From Eledone cirrhosa (Eukaryota), in NCBI GenBank assembly GCA_964016885.1, contig CAXHJY010000315.1:10221-74220 (forward strand): 64,000 nt of DNA. Direction: 5' to 3'. The translations under genes and the position numbers were made by a program. Below are positions 27,280 through 39,745 of this stretch, piece by piece (position 1 is the stretch's first letter; each line of letters opens with the position of its first letter). The notes below the pieces were generated by a model that was given only the letters and a program-made list of their open reading frames with translations, was not told where the DNA came from and did no database searches.

Positions 27280-27884
27280 TGGTATATTATAACTGGTACT
27301 CAGTTGTCAACGGCGGAAGTAGGCGATTGCTACCAAAACCACTTCCTGTATTTCCTTCCTTATAAACCCGATGCTTCATTCCTAACTTAAAGAAATCAAT
27401 ATTCCCTTGAGAAATGTCATCCACTAAACTGCTATAATGCAATTCATGTCTTTCTTATATATATATATATGTTTGTTGTTGTTGTTGTTGTTGATCTTAG
27501 TGTTGCTGTTGTTGTTGTTGTTGTTGTTGTTTGAGTTGTTGTTGATGTTGATGTTGTTGTTGTTGGATTACATTATTGCATTATTGTATTATTGTATTAT
27601 TACAGTTTATGTTGAATTTATTCTGTTGTTTGTGATGGTGGTGGTGGTGGTGGTGATGGTGACGGCGATTACAGTGGTTACGGTGGTGATGGTTGTGATG
27701 TGGTGTTGGTGGTGGTTGTTGTTGGTGGTAGTGGTGGTGGTGGTGGTGGTGGTGGTGGGTGGTGGGTGAGGTTACATCGGAATTGTGATCTTTGTAAAAC
27801 TAATGAATGAAAGTCAATAACCATTTGGGTTTGGCAGTAAAGTGTAGTGAAACGTAAAAACACACTTGGATTGAGAGAAAGGGG

Positions 27885-28566
27885 TTGAGAGAGAGAGAGG
27901 GGGGTGAGAGGGATAGAGAGGGCGAGGGAGAAAGAGTTGGGAGTGGAGACTGATACAGGGGGAGAGAGAGAAATAGAGAGAGAGAATAGAGAGAGAGAGA
28001 GACAGTGAAACAGAGAGAGAGAAAGAGAAACATAGATTGAGATAGAGAAAGAGAAACACAGACAGAGGGAGAGAGAGGGGAAGAGGGAGAGAGACAGACA
28101 GAGGGATGGAGAGAGAGGGAGAGAGAGAAAGAGTTGGGAGTGGAGACTGATACAGGGGGAGAGAGAGAAATAGAGAGAGAGAGACAGTGAAACACAGAGA
28201 GAGACGGAGAGAGGGGGACAGAGAGAGAAACATAGATTGAAGGAGAGAAAGAGAAACACAGACAGAGGGAGAAAGAGAGGGGCTGAGGGAGAGACAGACA
28301 GACAGACATACAGAGGGTGGTAGAGAGAGAGAGAGAGAAAGAGAGAGACAGAGGGAGAGAGAGATAGCGGAAGAGAGACAGAAGGAGAGAGAGGGGCAGG
28401 CGGAGAGAGAAAGCGAGACAGAGAGAAAAGGCGAGACGGAGAGAGAGAGAGACAGAGAGAGAGAGACAGAGAGAGAAACATAGATTGAAGGAGAGAAAGA
28501 GAAACACAGACAGAGGGAGAAAGAGAGGGGCAGAGGGAGAGACAGACAGACAGACATACAGAGGGT

Positions 28567-28620
<54 letters not shown>

Positions 28621-28742
28621 AGAGACAGAGGGAGAGAGAGATAGCGGGAGAGAGAAAGAGAGACAGAGGCAGAAGGAGAGAGAGGGGGCAGGCGGAGAGA
28701 GAAAGCGAGACAGAGAGAGAGAGAGAGAGATAGAGAGAGAAA
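27885..28742. repeat. Cryptic (GA)n tract with higher-order duplications
   Basis: Repeated anchors GTTGGGAGTGGAGACTGATACAGG (x2), AAACATAGATTGA (x3) and GGGGCAGGCGGAG (x2). Confidence 0.85.
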
Positions 28743-28946
28743 GATGGAAGGGAGTGGAAAGCAATGCAAAGAGAAAGGCAATCGTTGGGAGCTTGTGTCT
28801 GTGTGTCGGGGTATGTGTTTCTGCGAACGTGTAGAAAAGGGAGATATCTGAATTACTGCCAAACAACAATATAGAGACAAACAAAGATGGCGAAGAACCA
28901 CAGACCGTAGGTGGGTATATAGGCAAGCACACATGCACACACACAT

Positions 28947-28991
<45 letters not shown>

Positions 28992-29051
28992 TGTATATAT
29001 ACACATATATTTATATATACACATATATTTATATATATATATATACACATA

Positions 29052-29095
<44 letters not shown>

Positions 29096-29151
29096 TTTAT
29101 ATATATATATATACACATATATTTATATATATATATATATATATACACATA

Positions 29152-29343
<192 letters not shown>

Positions 29344-29413
29344 TTTATATATATATATATATACACATATATTTATTTATATATACACATATATTTATTT
29401 ATATATACACATA

Positions 29414-29473
<60 letters not shown>

Positions 29474-29479
<6 letters not shown>

Positions 29480-29659
29480 TGAGATTCTACAGGACTAGAA
29501 CTGTTTCATTCATTAGAAATCATCAGAGATTCCTGATGATTTCTAATGAATGAAACAGTTCTAGTCCTGTAGAATCTCATCTATATTAAAACTTTTATAC
29601 TCTGCTATGTATTGAGTACCTTACTTACTGTGGTTACCTCCGATTCAACCCGGAATAAC

Positions 29660-29660
<1 letters not shown>
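29474..29660 (+). mobile_element. Fold-back family D copy
   Basis: Perfect palindrome 29474-29585 plus a 75-bp tail; (TA)n on both sides. Confidence 0.9.
29526..29578 (+). ncRNA. Type I hammerhead ribozyme (family D)
   Basis: Stem I GAGATTC/GAATCTC; CTGATGA at 29533-29539; short stem II TTC-TAAT-GAA with a U.U base; GAAAC at 29552-29556; stem III CAG/CTG with CTAG in the loop; cleavage triplet GTA at 29569-29571. Confidence 0.8.
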
Positions 29661-29705
<45 letters not shown>

Positions 29706-29707
<2 letters not shown>

Positions 29708-29801
29708 GGTCCTACTCGTTCCTATTACCCACTCTACTACCCTAAGTATTGAGTACTTTGGTGCATTATGGTCCACCTGGTTCCTTACCACATTTCCTTC
29801 G

Positions 29802-29804
<3 letters not shown>
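29706..29804 (+). mobile_element. Family A copy starting right after the predicted GUC cleavage site
   Basis: (TA)n-GGGGTCCTACTCGTTCC..tail; in other copies GGGGTCC directly follows GAAACGGC-loop-GCCGTC. Confidence 0.85.
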
Positions 29805-29834
<30 letters not shown>

Positions 29835-29838
<4 letters not shown>

Positions 29839-30043
29839 AAAAGAGACAGGACCCCGACGGCTGAGCTCTGTCCGTGTTTCGACAGCTAGATCTGAACTCA
29901 GTTCAGATGTAGCTGTCGAAAAAGGGCCGGATCTCAGCCGTCGGGGTCCTGACTCTTTTCCTATTACCCACTCTACTACCCTAAGTATTGAGTACTCTGG
30001 CGCGTTATGGTCCACCTGGTTCCTTACCACACTTCCTTCATTA
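29835..30043 (+). mobile_element. Fold-back family A copy
   Basis: TAGGAAAAGAGACAGGACCCCGACGGCTGAG / CTCAGCCGTCGGGGTCCTGACTCTTTTCCTA plus tail. Confidence 0.9.
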
Positions 30044-30229
30044 TATATATATATATGATAATAAGGGCGCTGCGGAGTTGCAAATGGGTTACATATGAAA
30101 AAAGTTTGTCCTTCATCAGTGATCTTCCAACCATCAGAGGCATTTCATCGCTTTAAAGACCATATACCTCCGGTTGGTGCGAGCAACGGCTAAAAAAAGT
30201 CGTTGGGACACGTAAATAAAGGGTAAACA

Positions 30230-30317
<88 letters not shown>

Positions 30318-30350
30318 ATAATAATCAAAGAACTGTTCAAAGCATTTTTG

Positions 30351-30397
30351 TGCTTGCAACTGTTTCCTCCAAACCGAGGTTTGGATTCTTCGGAGCA
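30351..30397 (-). ncRNA. Decayed hammerhead ribozyme
   Basis: Minus strand TGCT-CCGAAGA-a-TCCAAACC-tc-GGTTTGGA-g-GAAAC-AGTT-GCA-AGCA; two core T>C changes (U4 and U16.1). Confidence 0.5.
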
Positions 30398-30489
30398 ATT
30401 TATTAATGAATGAACAGTTATATGACCTCCTTTTCACCCAAGAGACATACAGATACATATAATTAATATTATATTTATATATATATTAT

Positions 30490-30711
30490 ATATAATGTTT
30501 AATATAGAAATGGATAATATAGTATTAGAACTGTTTCATTCGAAGTAATTCATCAGGCTTTCGAGATGATTTTTTTTTCGAATGAAACAGTTCTAGTCCT
30601 GTAAAAGCCATTTCTATATTAAATATTATATATATACTCTACTATTTATTGAGTACCTTACTTAGTGTAGTTACCTCGATTGAACCCCAGGATACTCACA
30701 CTCACAGACAC

Positions 30712-30714
<3 letters not shown>
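30490..30714 (+). mobile_element. Fold-back family D, diverged copy
   Basis: Same GAATGAAACAGTTCTAGTCCTGTA block and tail; stem I is GGCTTT/AAAGCC; the plus-strand core is damaged (CGAGATGA) while the inverted arm keeps CTGATGA. Confidence 0.8.
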
Positions 30715-30799
<85 letters not shown>

Positions 30800-30801
<2 letters not shown>

Positions 30802-31007
30802 GTTAAACAAGGTTCAATGAATAAATAAAAGAATGAGTTTTACAATAGATTGGAAGCACTCAACAGATGGTTTTCAAGAGTTATTAATATTAATTCAAAA
30901 TATTAATCTGATGAGGACGTACTGTTGAAGATAGCTCAGTACCTCTGAAATATGTATAATAAAATATACTTGATCACACGAATATCTATTTTTGTTAATA
31001 TTTTGAA

Positions 31008-31013
<6 letters not shown>
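30800..31013 (-). mobile_element. Fold-back family J
   Basis: Tail, then arms ATTAATTCAAAATATTAA / TTAATATTTTGAATTAAT; TA-flanked. Confidence 0.7.
30901..30966 (+). ncRNA. Type I hammerhead ribozyme (family J), stem I partly overwritten
   Basis: CTGATGA at 30908-30914; stem II GGA-c-GTACTG / CAGTAC-c-TCT; GAAA at 30947-30950; T-ATGT-A stem III; triplet ATA at 30956-30958. Confidence 0.65.
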
Positions 31014-31072
<59 letters not shown>

Positions 31073-31208
31073 AAGTAAGAGACATATATAGTTGACGGAC
31101 TAAATATGGGTGCTAATATGTTCTTATAGCTCCAAGCATTTCTTTTAAAGAAATTGGTAAAGGAAGCGAAGCATATAAATATACATATATATATATATAT
31201 GCATATAA

Positions 31209-31320
<112 letters not shown>

Positions 31321-31322
31321 AC

Positions 31323-31383
<61 letters not shown>

Positions 31384-31388
31384 TAAAC

Positions 31389-31443
<55 letters not shown>

Positions 31444-31461
31444 TATATATACATACATATA

Positions 31462-31497
<36 letters not shown>

Positions 31498-31519
31498 AAT
31501 ATATATATACATACATATA

Positions 31520-31565
<46 letters not shown>

Positions 31566-31583
31566 TATATATACATACATATA

Positions 31584-31631
<48 letters not shown>

Positions 31632-31645
31632 CATATGTGTATATG

Positions 31646-31688
<43 letters not shown>

Positions 31689-32001
31689 CCATAAAGAAAG
31701 AGAGAGATAGGGTTAACCATACAGAATGGTCACGTGATCACTGTTAGCACAGCGGGCAATACCATAGATTTCATTATAAATCCCTCTACAATCATTTACG
31801 AAACCTCAAAGACAAGTATCTTGTTGATCCATTCTTTAACAACTCCCGAGAGAGCTTTGCCATTCCATCCTTTATAGTTATCTATTAATATAAATAGTTG
31901 TTCTCCTCAAAGAAGAACTCCGGTTAGGAAACATAAAAGACGCGGAAAAATGGTACATCATAAAGATTCGTATAATTTTACGAATATACATACACACACA
32001 C

Positions 32002-32033
<32 letters not shown>

Positions 32034-32124
32034 ATGTGTGTGTGTGTGTGTGTATGTATGTGTGTTCGTGTGTTTGTGCCTGTGTGTCTGTGTGTGTATT
32101 TATGCATTATCTATATATATATTC

Positions 32125-32206
<82 letters not shown>

Positions 32207-32250
32207 AAAGAATAGAGAGCAAACAGCACGGACACTCTATCTCAAAATTA

Positions 32251-32288
32251 TTTTTGAGAAGCATTTAGAAATGCGCAACCGGTAAAAA
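32251..32288 (+). ncRNA. Decayed hammerhead-like motif with U3-A8 core
   Basis: TTT-TTGAGAA-GCATTT-ag-AAATGC-GCAA-CCGG-TA-AAA, with A13>C. A matching half motif GCGAAA-CCGG-TA lies on the minus strand at 58907-58918. Confidence 0.4.
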
Positions 32289-32406
32289 CTTAAAAACTTA
32301 AAACCACAACTGAATACTAACCCATACAATCACTAATACTCTTGTATTCCTAATTAAACCATTTTTTCAACTGTGAACAATTTGTCAGCATTTTCTATTC
32401 CGTTTA

Positions 32407-32476
<70 letters not shown>

Positions 32477-32674
32477 ATAAATGAAAGGTATAGAAAACAT
32501 TGTAGCAAAAGTCAACAGTATTCCATAATATATAAGTGACTATGTCGTCAAAATGGGAAAAATAGTTAACGTAAGATGTGGGGAAAATAATTCAAACTCA
32601 TCTCAAAGAGAATCAGGATTCTTATATTATATATATATATATATATACATTATATATATATTATATATATATAT

Positions 32675-32858
32675 AACGAAGGAATTGTGGTAAGGAACCA
32701 GATGGACCATAACGCACCAGAGTACTCAATACTTAGGGTAGTAGAGTGGGTAATAGGAAAAAGTATGACCCCGAAGGCAGAGCTCAAGCCGTTTCGACGG
32801 CTATTTCTAGAAATAGCCGTCGAAACGGCTTGAGCTCTGCCGTCGGGTTATACTTTTC

Positions 32859-32861
<3 letters not shown>
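32675..32861 (-). mobile_element. Fold-back family A copy
   Basis: Tail plus a palindrome centred on GGCTATTTCT|AGAAATAGCC. Confidence 0.9.
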
Positions 32862-32901
<40 letters not shown>

Positions 32902-32911
32902 ATATATAAAG

Positions 32912-33093
32912 AGATAGATATATTTCTTTATTAGCCACAGGGGCACAAAAGAAGGGGACAAATACAAAGGGGGAAGTTTACATACAATAAAAACGTGTAA
33001 AATGTTATCACAAATGGAATTTAAAAAAGTTAGTCGATTTTCCCCAATAGAGGGAGACAGTTTATATGGGTAACACATACCCCCGAAAAAAAA
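32912..33093 (-). mobile_element. L1/Tx1-like LINE 3' UTR, second copy
   Basis: Near-identical to 16618-16797. Confidence 0.6.
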
Positions 33094-33102
33094 TATATAA
33101 AG

Positions 33103-33145
<43 letters not shown>

Positions 33146-33493
33146 ACTTGGTAGTAGGCTAGTATTTGCTGTGTTTCAATAAATCTTATTTCGTACCATT
33201 TCACACAATTTCGACACACAGAGCAAAAATTTGAACTTCGTGCGTCCCTACGCAAATAAGTATAATAATATTTGATTACTAGAAATAGTATTTGAGAAAG
33301 TCGGGTAAAATACCTCTGACTTGGCAGGGATTAATTAGTAATTAATTAGCCATGTGAGAACGCTAGATACTACTGTTTCAGAGTATTGAGATAAGAATAA
33401 GCAATAGCTTATATGCCTTCCTACAAATATCTATTAGGAATCATGCTATGTTAGTGCTACTACTAATTGGTCCCATATATATATATATATACA

Positions 33494-33608
33494 CCAGTAT
33501 TCTGATGATTTGATCAAGCAAAGACTGTAATTAAGGTCGAGTGACGTAATTTCTAACGATAAGCGACTTTTAGACTCACCTGATTAATGAAACAATTGTT
33601 AATACTGG
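33494..33608 (+). ncRNA. Type I hammerhead ribozyme with ~80-nt stem II region (family I; element extends to ~33659)
   Basis: Perfect 8-bp stem I CCAGTATT/AATACTGG; CTGATGA at 33502-33508; stem II base TTGATCA/TGATTAA; GAAAC-AATT-GTT at 33589-33600. Confidence 0.85.
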
Positions 33609-33804
33609 AAATAAACCATTTGTGTACAGCCGACCATGTTATTCTTCACTCTTTTACTATATATAGAGAGAGACTAATAGTTATGGAAAAGGTTTGTACA
33701 TTTTAATTCAATTTTTATCATGTATTTTTCGTTTGTTTCATAGATTATATTCTTCATATCAAAGTGGTTTTACAGCCCTCGTTGTTTAAACACATTTTTC
33801 TGTG

Positions 33805-33848
<44 letters not shown>

Positions 33849-33871
33849 ATATATTATATATATATATATAT

Positions 33872-33926
<55 letters not shown>

Positions 33927-34057
33927 AGGGAACAAAGAATGAGTGTTGCATCATATACATATTTAATTACATATTACATATGTTTCACTGTTGATCAGCT
34001 CGAGGAACGATCGATTAATGATCGATGCTGACTCTCGAAACGGAAGCTCCTCAGCTC

Positions 34058-34098
<41 letters not shown>

Positions 34099-34136
34099 GA
34101 AACACACAGATACATGCGGACACACACATATATACA

Positions 34137-34739
34137 TGAATGCATCCGCACCCAACTGCGAGTTAAGGGTGCCAACTTCACCGATGTTGCTCAATGAATG
34201 ACTGGGACAGACCAATTCAGTTTGAACCAGACTGAACCAGTATCAGAGTTAAAAATACATTATGAAGAGGGAAGAAACATTTAGATATAATTGGTAATAA
34301 AATGTATCATACCTAAACTGCTCCTAAATTCCTCGACTACGTAGTTTCGTGGCATAAACAAAAACAATATATCAAAGATATAGAGTCCTTGCGAGGTCTG
34401 CCAACTTATCAAGAGGATACCTCATTTTACTAGTCTCAAGAACGCTCCGTGGTATTTTCTTCGTGGTTATAAGAGGCTTAGCTCTGTTTCTCGACCGTTA
34501 TATCGCGTGACTATCTCCCCCTCCGCCTTTTGGGATTCTTTCTCACGTCGTGTAGACGCGTTCTTGAGACTAGTAAAATGAGGTATCCTCTTGATAAGTT
34601 GGCAGACCTCGCAAGGACTCTATATCTTTGATATATTGTTTTTGTTTATGCCACGAAACTACGTAGTCGAGGAATTTAGGAGCAGTTTAGGTATGATACA
34701 TTTTATTACCAATTATATCTAAATGTTTCTTCTCTCTTC

Positions 34740-34744
<5 letters not shown>
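34137..34744 (-). mobile_element. Fold-back family F: 187-bp arms, 112-bp spacer, ~120-bp tail
   Basis: Arms 34259-34445 and 34558-34744 with one visible mismatch; ends in (TA)n. Confidence 0.92.
34586..34673 (+). ncRNA. Type I hammerhead ribozyme, U3-A8 variant (mirror copy on the minus strand at 34330-34417)
   Basis: Stem I TCCTC/GAGGA; TTGATAA at 34591-34597; stem II G-t-TGGCA/TGCCA-C with a long insert; GAAAC-TACGTA-GTC at 34655-34668. Confidence 0.78.
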
Positions 34745-34782
<38 letters not shown>

Positions 34783-34809
34783 GCTGGCCTTGTGCCGAAA
34801 TCAGAAACT

Positions 34810-34844
<35 letters not shown>

Positions 34845-34925
34845 TGTCTGTGTGTGCGTGTGTCCACGTGACCGCACATGATGTCTGTAAACATTCAAAT
34901 GTTTATTATTATCTCCAGTAAGGAA

Positions 34926-35515
34926 GGGCGGCGGGTTGGCAGTATCGGTAGAGGGTCGGACACCATGCTTTGCAGCATAGAGTTACGGCCCTTCATGATC
35001 AGAGTTCAAATTCTTTCATCCTTACGGGGTCCATAAAATAAAGTACCAGTGACGCACTGGGGTCGATTTAATCGACTTTCCCCTCCCTCAAAATTGCTGA
35101 CCTTGTGCCTATATAAGAAACCATTATTTTGGACGCCATTTTTTCCCAGCATAGAGTTATGTTCCTTTACGGTCTGAGCTCAAATCCCACCGAGGTTAAC
35201 TTTGCCTTTCATACTTACGGGGTCGATAAAATAAAGTACCAGTCACGCACTGGGGTCGATTTAATTGACTTTCCCCTCCCTCAAAATTGCTGACCTTGTG
35301 CCTATATATGAAACCATTATTTTGGACGCCATTTTTCCCAGCATAGAGTTATGTCCCTTTACGGTCTGAGCTCAAATCCCACCGAGGTTAACTTTGCCTT
35401 TCATACTTACGGGGTCGATAAAATAAAGTACCAGTCACGCACTTGGGGTTGATTTAATCGACTTTCCCTTCCCCCTGAAATTGCTGGCCTTGTTCCTATA
35501 TAAGAAACCATTATC
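34926..35515 (+). mobile_element. SINE followed by two tandem 5'-truncated units (~190 bp)
   Basis: Junction GAAACCATTATTTTGGACGCCATTTTT at ~35117 and ~35310; three cores. Confidence 0.9.
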
Positions 35516-35873
35516 TTCAGTCAGGAAACAATCTCAAAAGCTAATAAGAAATCAATATCAACCATAATCTACCATATAAAATACATAAATAAAAATGAAA
35601 AATAAAAAGTTCAAGATCATTCGAGACTAAAGACAATTCCCGTTGAGATTCTTTGCACTTGGTTATAGAAAGTATTGAAATTCGAGTGACATCTTCTTGA
35701 AGCCAGCATCACTATGATTCTAGTGAGTTCTTTTATATTTTACTGTATTTATAAATAAGATAAGAAAATATTAGAAAAGAAATACTTTATTTCTAAGACA
35801 ATATTTACGTTTTCTTGTGTAACTTCAATCTATAAACATGCTTAAGATAACATGTTACGTACTTAATAATTCG

Positions 35874-35910
<37 letters not shown>

Positions 35911-35940
35911 TTATGTGTTTGTGTGTGTGTGTTTGTGTGT

Positions 35941-35978
<38 letters not shown>

Positions 35979-36021
35979 TTATATATATATATATTTATGT
36001 ATATATATGCATATATATGTG

Positions 36022-36052
<31 letters not shown>

Positions 36053-36122
36053 GTATATATATGTATATATATGTATATATATGTGTGTATGTGTATATGC
36101 ATATATAAATGTATTTATATAT

Positions 36123-36170
<48 letters not shown>

Positions 36171-36215
36171 ATATGCATATATATATGTGTATATATATAT
36201 ATATGTGTGTGTATG

Positions 36216-36253
<38 letters not shown>

Positions 36254-36255
36254 TG

Positions 36256-36293
<38 letters not shown>

Positions 36294-36339
36294 CAGAGAG
36301 AGAGAGATGATAGAGAGCTGAGTAGATTCATGCATGTTC

Positions 36340-36410
<71 letters not shown>

Positions 36411-36424
36411 CACACACACATATA

Positions 36425-36502
<78 letters not shown>

Positions 36503-36620
36503 TCATATTTGCAAATCCTAAAAAAATACGTCATAACTTTATTTATTTTTATGACATTATTAATAACACTTGACTGAAGAACATGACTTAAAAGAATTAA
36601 TTCTGTGATTCGACTTCTTT

Positions 36621-39600
36621 CTTTGAAAGTCCTTAAACACAACAAAAACACCGCCAGAATTACGCCCACATACATACAAACGAATATATACACACATACA
36701 CATCTTTGAAAGTCCTTATACACAATAAAAACACCGCCAGAATTATCCCACATACATACAAACGAATGTATACACACATACACATCTTTGAAAGTCCTTA
36801 TACACAACAAAAACACCGCCAGAATTATCCCACATACATACAAACGAATGTATACACACATACACAACTTTGAAAGTCCTTATACACTAAAAAAACACTG
36901 CCAGAATTATCCCACATACATACAAACGAATGTATACACACATACACACTTTGAAAGGGCTTAAACACAACAAAAACACCGCCAGATTTATCCCACATAC
37001 ATACAAACGAATGTATACACACATACACATTTTTGAAAGTCCTTATACACAAAAAAAAAACACCGCCAGAATTATCCCACATACATACAAACGAATGTAT
37101 ACACACATACACATCTTTGAAAGTCCTTATACACAACAAAAACACCGCCAGAATTATCCCACATACATACAAACGAATGTATACACACATACACATCTTT
37201 GAAAGGGCTTATACACAACAAAATCACCGCCAGAATTACCCCACATACATACAAACGAATGTATACACACATACACATCTTTGAAAGTCCTTATACACAA
37301 CAAAAACACCGCCAGAATTACCCCCACATACATACAAACGAATGTATACACACATACACATCTTTGAAAGTCCTTATACACAACAAAAACACCGCCAGAA
37401 TTATCCCACATACATACAAACGAATGTATACACACATACACATCTTTGAAAGTCCTTATACGCAACAAAAACACCGCCAGAATTATCCCACATACATACA
37501 AACGAATGTATACACACATACACATCTTTGAAAGTCCTTATACGCAACAAAAACACCGCCAGAATTATCCCACATACATACAAACGAATGTATACACACA
37601 TACACATCTTTGAAAGTCCTTAAACACAACAAAAACACCGCCAGATTTATCCCACATACATACAAACGAATGTATACACACATACACATCTTTGAAAGTC
37701 CTTATACACAACAAAAACACCGCCAGAATTACCCCACATACATACAAACGAATGTATACACACATACACATCTTTGAAAGTGCTTATACACAACAAAAAC
37801 ACCGCCAGAATTATCCCACATACATACAAACGAATGTATACACACATACACATCTTTGAAAGTCCTTATACACAACAAAAACACCGCCAGAATTACCCCA
37901 CATACATACAAACGAATGTATACACACATACACATCTTTGAAAGTCCTTATACACAACAAAAACACCGCCAGAATTACGCCCACATACATACAAACGAAT
38001 GTATACACACATACACATCTTTGAAAGTCCTTATACACAACAAAAACACCGCCAGAATTACGCCCACATACATACAAACGAATGTATACACACATACACA
38101 TCTTTGAAAGTCCTTATACACAACAAAAACACCGCCAGTATTACGCCCACATACATACAAACGAATGTATACACACATACACATCTTTGAAAGTCCTTAT
38201 ACACAACAAAAACACCGCCAGAATTACGCCCACATACATACAAACGAATGTATACACACATACACATCTTTGAAAGTCCTTATACACAAAAAAAAAACAC
38301 CGCCAGAATTATCCCACATACATACAAACGAATGTATACACACATACACATCTTTGAAAGTCCTTATACACAACAAAAACACCGCCAGAATTACCCCCAC
38401 ATACATACAAACGAATGTATACACACATACACATCTTTGAAAGTCCTTATACACAACAAAAACACCGCCAGAATTATCCCACATACATACAAGCGAATGT
38501 ATACACACATACACATCTTTGAAAGTCCTTATACACAACAAAAACACCGCCAGAATTACGCCCACATACATACAAACGAATGTATACACACATACACATC
38601 TTTGAAAGTCCTTATACACAACAAAAACACCGCCAGAATTATCCCACATACATACAAGCGAATGTATACACACATACACATCTTTGAAAGTCCTTATACA
38701 CAACAAAAACACCGCCAGAATTACGCCCACATACATACAAACGAATGTATACACACATACACATCTTTGAAAGTCCTTATACACAACAAAAACACCGCCA
38801 GAATTATCCCACATACATACAAACGAATGTATACACACATACACATCTTTGAAAGTCTTTATACACAACAAAAACACCGCCAGAATTATCCCACAAACAT
38901 ACAAACGAATGTATACACACATACACATCTTTGAAAGTCCTTATACACAACAAAAACACCGCCAGAATTATCCCACATACATACAAACGAATGTATATAC
39001 ACATACACATCTTTGAAAGTCCTTATACACAACAAAAACACCGCCAGAATTATCCCACATACATACAAACGAATGTATACACACATACACATCTTTGAAA
39101 GTACTTATACACAACAAAAACACCGCCAGAATTACGCCCACATACATACAAACGAATGTATACACACATACACATCTTTGAAAGTCCTTATACACAACAA
39201 AAACACCGCCAGAATTATCCCACAAACATACAAACGAATGTATACACACATACACATCTTTGAAAGTCCTTATACACAACAAAAACACCGCCAGAATTAT
39301 CCCACATACATACAAACGAATGTATACACACATACACATCTTTGAAAGTCCTTATACACAACAAAAACACCGCCAGAATTATCCCACATACATACAAACG
39401 AATGTATACACACATACACATCTTTGAAAGTCCTTATACACAACAAAAACACCGCCAGAATTATCCCACATACATACAAACGAATATATACACACATACA
39501 CATCTTTGAAAGTCCTTATACACAACAAAAACACCGCCAGAATTATCCCACATACATACAAACGAATGTATACACACATACACATCTTTGAAAGTCCTTA

Positions 39601-39693
39601 TACACAACAAAAACACCGCCAGAATTATCCCACATACATACAAACGAATGTATACACACATATACAACTTTGAAAGTGCTTACACACAACAAA
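36621..39693. repeat. 82-bp tandem satellite, about 37 units
   Basis: Unit CTTTGAAAGTCCTTATACACAACAAAAACACCGCCAGAATTATCCCACATACATACAAACGAATGTATACACACATACACAT; 82-84 bp variants; ORF-track periodicity is 82/83. Confidence 0.97.
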
Positions 39694-39745
39694 CATATAT
39701 ATATGTATATGTGTTTATAAATATATATTTATATATATATATATA

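Noticed and set aside
28885-28916. ATGGCG start with a downstream AG|GTGGGT donor as a first coding exon
   Set aside because: The frame stops after 7 codons and there is no other exon evidence.
30095-30125. Minus-strand CTGATGAAGGACAAAC
   Set aside because: GAAA, stem III and stem I could not be assembled; at most a decayed remnant.
33985-34062. GAAACGGAAGCTCCTC half-hammerhead in a TA-flanked island
   Set aside because: The triplet G is missing, there is no core strand and only weak inverted symmetry; too degraded to call.
34259-34744. Classical MITE interpretation of the long inverted repeats
   Set aside because: One-sided tails, variable symmetry centres, ribozyme folds and cleavage-site truncations fit a retroelement origin better; not formally excluded without genome-wide data.
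36621-39693. CRISPR-like array
   Set aside because: Units are contiguous and near-identical with no unique spacers; no cas genes; eukaryotic context.
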